Assembly (NCBI GenBank): GCA_951406725.2
Contig: OX597815.1
Location: forward strand, 24,924,001-24,988,000
Direction: 5' to 3'
Length of the DNA: 64,000 nt
DNA from: Octopus vulgaris
Lineage: Eukaryota
Shown here: in pieces, positions 54,653-64,000 of the stretch
Layout of the letters: the number at the start of each line of letters is the position of its first letter
How positions within the stretch are numbered: the first letter of the stretch is position 1
Program-made: the position numbers and the translations under genes
The notes under the pieces: model-generated
The model's input: the letters and a program-made list of their open reading frames with translations, nothing else
What the model was told of the DNA's origin: nothing
Databases searched by the model: none

Positions 54653-55910
54653 TTTTAACTGTTGTTGTTGTTGCTATAAGCTGAAGTTTTTTGAATCGTA
54701 CTTCGTGTTACCGATTATTTATGCGATTAAAGAAGGGAACATGGCAACATACAAGAAGATTCCTTAGCAGCTCGAGATTTAACTATCTGCCAAAAATCGC
54801 TGGAACATACGCCACACAACACGATGGTAGATCTTTTCAAATGTAAAATATACGTGGTATTTTTATATCTTCGGTAACTTTTATGTAAAATTCATGGATG
54901 CAACAAAGGCTATTGTAAATAAAGTTTTACTGTTAATCAATAACAATGTTTTTCGATTTCCTATTATTCTATGAGCATTTTTCTGGTGTATGGCAAATCC
55001 ACTATGAATGAAATATGTTAGCCAGCAAGTAGTTGGAAATTCCTCAAAAAACAAATGATAGACGTGCTTACAAGTTATTCATCAGGTCCGAACCTTTGTT
55101 CAAAATGCAAAATACGTTCACAATTTTAAACAAAAGGATGTTATGAAAGCATTCAAAGCATGAAATGAAATAGTATCAGTGTACTGAAGCACAATCATGT
55201 TTAAAACATATAGTATTGCTGTGGAATGAAGCACAATGTATTTTAAACATATATTTTACATTGTTATTTTCATAATCATGCTGTGTTAGTGCATTAGGAA
55301 TGTCTTAATGTGTGAATTAGTTAGATTTATTTACATCAAGCAGTTTCCGCACTGCTTGTCAAAGATTAGCAGCATTAATGATCAATCGTCTTCTTCACTA
55401 TAAATTGACAACTGGAAGTTGCTGTGATTATTTGCGTTGCTTTTAGATTTTGGAATGCTTTACTGTTTCTCGAAAGTGTTTCCGAACAGCGTGAGAAATT
55501 TCTTTCCATACCACAAATTATTTTCTTTGAAACACGTAACTCTTCTTTCATCTGCTAGTTAATAGAACTCATGAACTTTTGATAGGAAATATTATTCAGT
55601 TTAGGACTACTTAAAAATTTTAATTCTTTAAATTCAGTTTTTAGACTGTAGTTAAATAGGTCAATCAATAATGTATATTGTTTATGGGAGTTCACAAATT
55701 CTAATGCGATCATGAAAACGTAACATTCGTGTTCTTTGTAGTTATAGTATGTCATTTTTATTCTGTGAGTCTATGAACAAATGTAAAGTGTATCTGTTTC
55801 AGCTTCAGTGACAGTTTAGGTTCCATACACACAAAGAACATACACCACCAAATTATCATCGTTACATGGAATATATATATAATGTAATATAATATACCAT
55901 AATATAGTGC

Positions 55911-55942
<32 letters not shown>

Positions 55943-55946
<4 letters not shown>

Positions 55947-56160
55947 GGCAAGCCAAGTGTGGCACTTCAAAGATGTAGGGATCCTATACAATATCAAGTG
56001 GAGGATCATACAACGGCTGGGATCCTATATTAACTTTGGGCGGACGCGGCCGAGCAAGGATCCTCAAAGACTCCCTGAAACCAGAATTACTGAATTCATG
56101 CCAAGAAATTTACAGTCCCTGCATCCATTTCAAACGCTATCTGCGTATACGACTTGAGAT
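55943..56160 (+). pseudogene. C-terminal remnant of a Penelope-like element GIY-YIG endonuclease, starting at a (TA)n array
   Basis: LASQVWHFKDVGILYNIKWRIIQRLGSY and, after a frameshift, LLNSCQEIYSPCIHFKRYL resemble the LS..IW.LK.....Y.IKW.I...LN.R.E....C.H tail of PLE endonucleases (from recall). Confidence 0.68.
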
Positions 56161-56329
56161 GTTTGCCTTGCCTTAACGTTTATTGTCCACTTTAACAATT
56201 ATATACATACATCTTAGGTAAAATGCATGATTGCGCATCTGCACCACTGTTGCATAACTATTTCGACATTTTGGTAAAATACAAGTATGTCCTATAATTC
56301 TTTGGATACCACACTTGTTTTCAGTCTAA

Positions 56330-56525
56330 TAGTGACACTTGTTTACTGGTCGTGCTTCAAGAACCCTGCGAAGAATCCTTGCAGTTCCAAGCAATGCTGA
56401 TTTTTCTAGATGTTCTATCTTTACGTTTGCACCAATCTTTTTGAGCCATGTTGGTAGTTGAGTGCTACTTTTTTTGCTTTTCTTCCTCTTCTTTACGATC
56501 CTGGAATCAAACGGGGATGATGGGT
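56330..56525 (-). mobile_element. Short 3' fragment of an R4-like LINE
   Basis: PFDSRIVKKRKK... and ALLGTARILRRVLE; abuts (TTA)n. Confidence 0.72.
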
Positions 56526-56540
56526 TGATTATTATTATAA

Positions 56541-59380
56541 TTCAGCAGTCTTATTTTTATCACGTGCTTTCACTACACTACCGAGCATAGCTCTGTGTGC
56601 CTTGGGTATGTGCTGTGATTTGTTGTGGTGCTCTTATTTCCACTGTATTGAAGGTATTTAACGTAGGATGTGTGCGGTGCCTAGTAGTGCTATTTTCTCT
56701 ATGTTGTATATACTTACTTGTAAGTCTTTGTGTTTTTGTTATGTATTTGTCTGAATATTTTTTTATCATGCTTAATGCACCTACTGTGATAGGAATTGTT
56801 ACTGTTTTTAGATTCTACATTTGAGTTACCTCTATTTCCAGATCTTTGTATTTTGAAAGTTTCTCCGTTTCCTTTAGATAAACATTGTAATCTGTTGGTA
56901 TTGACACATCGATTAGAAAGCGTCTTTTCTTGGTGGTCTCTGACAACTATATCCGGTCTATTGGCCTTAATTTCTCTGTGTGCATTGACATATCCCAGAG
57001 TACGGTTTCTTTCTCATTTTCTGTGACCTTTTCTGGCGAGTACCTATATCATCTTTTTTCTGTTGTTATTCCATAATGTTAGCATAACTTCCAGTGTATA
57101 TAGGTCCCAACTCTATCGTGTCTGTGAATATATTCCTTCTTAGCCAGGACTGGGCAGCCAGAGACGATATGATTTAGGATTTCTAATCCACCTCCACATA
57201 TTCTGCTGTTACTTGTATTTCTTTTCATTGCGTGTTTTTGATTATTACTGGTGGGGAGGCTTTGATCTTTCAGTTTCTGCTTTAAGTCCTGAGCTTTTCA
57301 GCCATTGTTGGAATTTCGCTTTGTCTATTTCTTTTCTGTGTAGATTAACCCAATATTTGCCATGAAGGGGCTTTTCTTGCCATCGTTTTATCATTGTTGC
57401 TCCAGTTGTTGTTCCAGTTTTAGTTTGGATTTCAGTTGTTTTACAGCTTTTGTTGCTTCTTTTTCTTCATAGTTGTTAGGTACTATGACTTCTTGTTTGT
57501 ATTTGTTAGCTTCCTTAAAGGCTGAAAACATTTTTTTCGTGTTTTGTGGGTATTCATATTAGTTTTCCTTGCTTTTGAAGTAGATATCTCTGTAGTCCTA
57601 TGGTGGCTATTTTGTAATAGTTTTCTAGCTGTATAAGGCCTCTACCACCTTCCATATGTTGTATATATAGCCTGTCTATGTCAGATTTTGGGCGGTGCAT
57701 CCTAAACCCCGTCATTATTTTTCTTGTTTCCCTGTCTATTTCGATTAGTTCATTTAGAGTCTAGTTAAGAATATAGTAGCTATAACTTATAACTGGGACG
57801 GCTAGAGTTTTGATACCAATTGTATTGTTTTCGCATTGAGCTCTGTTTTAAGTATCAATCTAACTCGTCTATAGTATTTTTCCATATCTTCTCTTTCATT
57901 TGTGTGTGTTGTATCGTTTCTAGTTCATTGATTCCTTAGTATTTGTATGTCTGGCTTTTGTCTAATTCTCTTATTTCATTTGCTTTATCTAGTATAATGT
58001 TGGTACTCTTGACTACTTTTTCTCTTTTCAAGGTTGCTTTGGCACATTTTCTAAGTCTATTTTCAAGTTTATTTTTTGGCAAGTCTATGTACTGTCTGTA
58101 ATAATGTTTCCAGCTGTTGATCATTTGTAGCGTACAGTTTTAGATCATCCATGCACAAGAGATGGCTGATTGTTTTGCCGTAACAGTTTGTCCACATCCA
58201 GTTCTGTTTAGCATGTCAGATAAATGTGTCAGTGCCAAGCAGAAAAGGAGTGGTTAGAGCGTGTCTCCCTGGAATATTCCTCTTCTAATGGGGATGGCTT
58301 TGGTTCTTATGAACCCCTCTTTTGTCTGGAGCTGTAGCACTGTCTACCATTTATTCATGAAATGTTTTATATATTTTAGGATTATTGGTGCTACCTTGTT
58401 CATGGTTAGTGTTTCTAGGATCCATGTGTGGGGAATACTATCAAAAGCCTTTTGGTAATCGATGTAGGCCATACTTAGACCCTCCTTCTGCAGCTGTCTT
58501 CAGTTATGGCTTTATTGATCGGTAGCTGAGCTTTTGCAGCATCCTTTCTGCTCTTCTGGAAACAGGTTGTTTTCTTCCAGATGTTTGCCCATTCTTGCAA
58601 TAATATTGCAGTAAAGCTTTTGTAAATTATAGGGAAACAAGTTACCAGTCTGTAATTTTGTGGGTTTGCTGTTTCAATTGATTTGGGAATTAGGAGAATT
58701 TTCCCTTCCGTAAGTCATTCAGGCATTGTCTTTGGCTCTGCTAGTATTTCATTAAATTTCTCAGCCAGCTTTTTATGTCTTCCTGTTAAACATTTTAACC
58801 AGAAGTTGGGGATCTTGCCGTGCCCAGGTGCCTTCTAGTTGCTTAGTTTTTGCAGTGCTTGGATGACCTCTTCAGTTGTTATAAGGTTCCAGAGTTGTCC
58901 GTCTGCTGTGTTCGTTGTTTTGGTAGATCTTTTCTGAGTTTGTTCCTTCGCTGACCATATTTCTTTCCAAAATTCTTCCACTTCTGCTGTTGGCGCTGCA
59001 TTGATCTCTGGTTTATTTTTGCCAAGTTCTTGGTAGAATCTTTTGGTGTTGGAGTTGAACTGTTTGTGTTGTTCAAAGAAACGCTGGCGTTCCTCATAGC
59101 GGCTGATTCTTTGTGCTTTGGCAAGGATATCTTGCTTTAGCTGTTCTTTCACCTCAGATATACCTTATTCTGTAATTTTGTATTTACGTATTATTTTTCT
59201 TCTCTTTTTGTTGCTTAGTAGTGTTGATTGCCTACTAGTTTTATTAAGGATTCACAGATCCTTTCTCTTATTTTCTATTTTACTGGATATTATATTTCTT
59301 CAGAGTTTGTTTGGGTGGTGATACTTCTATTTTGATGGGTTTTAGGGGATATCCAGCTTCTTTTGTGGCCACAGAGTCTG

Positions 59381-59463
<83 letters not shown>

Positions 59464-60657
59464 ATACATATTATCATTTAGCCTAGTCATAGTGACATTT
59501 GTTTCTGTGGCTGTTCCGTGACGGCCAGATTCATGCTATTTATTACTGATGTTGCTTTATTATCAATTTTAAATTTTGGGAGGTCCAATCGGTGATCCAT
59601 ACTGAGATCTGTGTCTTTCAATCCTTTAACTATGCTCATTTTTTATAGTATCGTAGTCATTAGTTTCACCTTCACTGTTTCCAGGCTATAGATTTATTTC
59701 GTATTCTCTCCCGTTCATATATTTGTCTGTGATGTTCTGGTTTGGTGCATTTTGCTCATCATTATACATTCCTACGGTCTGGGTTTGTTGTCTTACATTA
59801 TTTACTTCGTTTTTGATGGACGTATTACGTCTGTCTTCGTATCTTACAGTCTCAATGCTTATGATATTATTTGGCATTGCTGTATGGTTACTATCTACGT
59901 TTTTCTGATGTGTTTTCCTTTTAAGCGTTCTATTTCTATTTCTGATATTTTGTTTTTTTTTGTTTTGAGAATATATCTCCGTATGTTAGCTAGTTTATTA
60001 GGGTTCATTACTGTATCCAAATCTTTATCGAGGTTATTTTTCTTCCAGATTTTATATGTATGTGTTGTGTTTTTGTTCTGTGGGTAGTGCACTGCTGTAA
60101 AATAAGCGTTTAGGATTGAGATATATTCATCACGTGTCCATTTATGCTTTTTTGATTTTATTTGCGGGGCATGAGAATGACGTTCAGGTCTTTATTTCCA
60201 TGGTCATCATTTTCGTAGGTTGTCCGTTCATTTCTGGTGTTAAATGGTTTTGCACATGTAGCTTTTCGTACTTTTTGTGTAACTAGTTTAAAGTAAATAC
60301 TTCCCGTTTGTTATCCTTGGGTTGAATAATACGTGTATTATTTTATTTATTTTTCTTTTTTGTGTGTATGGTGGTTGGGGACGGAGATTGTCCAATGTTG
60401 ATTGGATCGTAATGTGGCGAGCGTGTTTACATGTGTTATGCGAGTGATGGGTTGATACACAGCTAAAATACCTCATTTCATTTAGAAAATAGGAGTAAAT
60501 TTAAATGAGTGTTACTTACTCAGATATAGTCCAACACTTTGTGAATGTGGCGAGCGTGTTTACACGTATTGTGCAAATGATGGAGATGATACACAGTTCA
60601 AATACATGATTTCATTTGGAAAATAGAACTAAATTTTAATGAATATTACTTTGTCAG
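56541..60657 (-). mobile_element. Apparently full-length (about 4.1 kb) R4/Dong-like LINE with restriction-like endonuclease; single decayed ORF
   Basis: N-terminal KWTRDEY..I..AY; RT IDYQKAFDSIPHTW, GIFQGD, HLLCMDDLKLYA, YKY; zinc knuckle RICGG.LE..NHIVSGCPVLA..EY..RHD; NRPDIVV; EKLSKYKDLEIE; IPITVGAL. (TAA)n at both ends; (CA)n at about 59385-59461. Confidence 0.92.
60411..60657. repeat. Two diverged tandem copies (period about 133 bp) at the LINE 5' end
   Basis: aatgtggcgagcgtgtttaca...gatacacag...atttcattt.gaaaatag...ttact...cag at 60411-60523 and 60544-60657. Confidence 0.9.
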
Positions 60658-60699
60658 TTATTATTATCATTATTATTATTATTGTTGTTGTTTTCTCTT

Positions 60700-61496
60700 T
60701 ATCACAGGTTTTGTTGGAGCTCCTGGGGTCTTGCATGCGTAGGGAGCTTACTACCTGCGGCCTACGGTACCATGCTTCTAACACTGGAGATCTACTACGG
60801 TGCCAGCTGTTCACTACCAGTTAACTAAGGTAACACCCCTTATTTTATGAGCATCATCCGGAGTATTAGAGCGGTTCCAACCAGTGCTGTTTTCCACAAA
60901 TGCTCCACCCCTATTATAGCCCCTATTTATTCCATGTACGTATCAAGATTTTTACTCACTGTTCCCAGGGCTCCGACAATTATTGGTATAATTACCACCT
61001 TTTTCAGCGATTACTAATGTTTCATTTCCTCCATTGTCAAGTCCTTGTACAATTCTTTATCGTTGCAATCTTCCTTCCTACACAAGCCTGACCATCTTAC
61101 TTCCAATAATATTGGTTCTGTGGCATTTTTACATTTCATGCTATGTTGTTTTCTTCTTCACTAATGCTGTGTTCGCATCCAATCAGTCCTCTTACCATTC
61201 TTTTTCTTCGTACATACAGTCTGTCTGTGTCACTTTTTGGATGGAGTATCCCATATCTAGTCAGAAAATTTATTGTCTTTCTGTCTAAGCTGCTTAGTTC
61301 GTCTACTGTCTATGCGATTACCCAGGTGTTGATAGCTTCAAACTTATTCCGTCCGTTTAATTTCGACTTAAGGAAGTCTCAGTCTGCGCAAATATTCCAC
61401 CTTAAATTTTTCTGTTATTTCTTTTTCCATCAATTTATCCATTTCTAATATCCCCAAGTACTTCTATCTGCTTCATAACCTCTCCCGACAGGGGAG

Positions 61497-61550
<54 letters not shown>

Positions 61551-61910
61551 TTGATTTGGCTCAGTTTCGGCCTGTAGGATTTATGTGGGTAGCGGATTAC
61601 TACCTGTAACCTTAAGTATTCACAAATTTTCAGCAGTCTTTCAAATGTTTAGAACCCTCTTGATAATCCTTACTGTCCCTAAGAGACAAACTATCTGTAG
61701 GAGCTCTAGAGGGCATTCTATTCCAATTTCCTTCAGCAATTTGTCTGTATCTTTGCTTACTGTTCCCAACGCAGTAATTATTATAGACACAACCTTTACT
61801 ATTCGCATGCTCCGAATTCTTCCTATTTCAAATTTTAAAGGAGTATTTTTTTGATTTTTCGCTTTTCTTCCTCTTTCTTTACCATCCTTGAATCAAACGG
61901 GTATGATGAG

Positions 61911-61912
<2 letters not shown>
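60700..61912 (-). mobile_element. Two further decayed R4-like LINE 3' fragments separated by (TTA)n (about 60700-61470 and 61555-61912)
   Basis: KTALVGTALILR, IPIIVGALGTV, KYLGI; and [37 protein letters not shown]. Confidence 0.78.
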
Positions 61913-61975
<63 letters not shown>

Positions 61976-62228
61976 ATAATATATATAACATAATATATGT
62001 GATATAATATATATATATATATATATATATAAACATAGATATAAATATACATGCATATATATAATATAAATATGAATATAATGAATATGTGTACGTGTAT
62101 ATATAATATATATATAAAACACACATACACACACACACACATATACTATATATATAATATATATGTATAAATATGTATATGTATATATATATGTATGTGT
62201 GTGTATATATATATATATATAATGTATA

Positions 62229-62282
<54 letters not shown>

Positions 62283-63036
62283 GTATATATATATAATGTA
62301 TATATAATAACAGTTTTATAATTGAAAATGAGACACGATTCATATGTCAAATATTGTTTGCTGCTATTTATTTGATAAAATATATCCACATATTACAAGT
62401 ATTTCTAAGAAGGTTTGTTGATTGGTATGGGATTCAATTAGGAAAGTAAGAATTTAATGTACATTATTTTGGCTGTTATGAAATTTTCTCAACTCCCACT
62501 ACAAAGGTGCAATGCTATTCGGTCTGTAATACGTTAACATCATATCTGAGAGATAATTTTATTAGACTTAGCGAAGTATAAGCCATTCACCTGCCTTTTA
62601 GATTAACACAGATACACAAATATTTAAGCAAATGCAAAAATATACATACAGTGGCGCTTCAAAATAACCTAAAGCCCAGGGGAAACATCCTAAGGATATT
62701 ATCCACATGGGAGATATGCAGAAAAGTAAGCACTAACATACCGAACATAGCGAGTATGATAACTTTAATTAATCAAGTGTCGGAAAATGGCAAAGTCTGT
62801 AGAACAATAAGTAAACAAAGGCGAGGGCAAGGGCTTAAGTTAAAATTAGAGATCTTGGGGCAAGTTAGATAACTACGTTCCCAGTTTCTGTTACATCACT
62901 GTGGTCTTGAATTTTTATATCTCATGTATTGCAGTTCCTCATCAAAATTAAAGTAAAGACAACTTTATATCATTGTAAAACATAATTTTTCTCTTTACAT
63001 AAACATATGTTTATTACATATTAGATTATATAGCTT

Positions 63037-63179
<143 letters not shown>

Positions 63180-63274
63180 TTAATATTTGCCTTCCGTGAA
63201 ATTGTCAAAACTTGATTCACTTCGGTTACTTTATAGCCGGTTATATACATGTGTATATATATATAGATATCCGT

Positions 63275-63312
<38 letters not shown>

Positions 63313-63632
63313 ACACATACACACACACACAAACATATACGTATGTGTATATGCATGTACGTATGTATGTGTGTATATATGTATGTATGTATGTATACAT
63401 ACATACATGCATATATGTATGCATGCATGTATGTACACGACGAAACCCTGAACAAATACGAAAAATAGCCTCGTATGTGTGTACACACATATATGCATAG
63501 ATATACATATGTATAATACGTGCATACACACTTGCATACACACACATACATATACATATATATACATATACACACACATACACACACATATATACATATG
63601 CATACATATATATATATATGTGTGTGTGTATC

Positions 63633-63667
<35 letters not shown>

Positions 63668-63851
63668 TTGTATGTATGATATTTCTGTAATTATCTGTAA
63701 CTTCTACATGTTTTTTCTGACTAGTTTTTTTGTATACACTCACATCTGTTTAAACAGCTGTGTATACACTTATGTACTTGTATTTTTATTTACACTTGTA
63801 TACATACATACATACATACATACATACATACATACATACATACAAACATAC

Positions 63852-63925
<74 letters not shown>

Positions 63926-64000
63926 TTGTATGTTACTAAAACAGTACATGAATGTGTGTTTTTATCTATATACATAAATATTTTCATATTTTTAGATTTA

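Overview
Eukaryotic, AT-rich, extremely microsatellite-rich non-coding DNA. Its repeat complement (tRNA-derived SINEs, R4/Dong-, RTE- and L2/CR1-group LINEs, Penelope-like fragments, long (TATG)n/(TA)n/(TTA)n arrays) resembles an octopus (cephalopod) genome; the species assignment is inference. No host gene exon can be supported, so this is probably an intron or intergenic region. Almost all long ORFs in the track are microsatellite artefacts. The only real open reading frame is a 5'-truncated LINE reverse transcriptase (14534-15670). Decayed transposases of mariner (full length, with TIRs), hAT, Chapaev-like and Helitron types are present, plus several MITEs. Most interesting structure: (i) an abundant SINE that repeatedly inserts at (G)GTAT, a motif inside its own relatives, giving nested and dimeric copies; (ii) a SINE and a LINE sharing a 3' double stem-loop with compensatory changes; (iii) short islands in (TA)n arrays with long fold-back palindromes, hammerhead-ribozyme motifs and a Penelope-type endonuclease remnant; (iv) R4/Dong-like LINEs and a non-coding ~550-bp element that all sit in (TAA)n arrays; (v) a near-identical ~1.85-kb tandem duplication.
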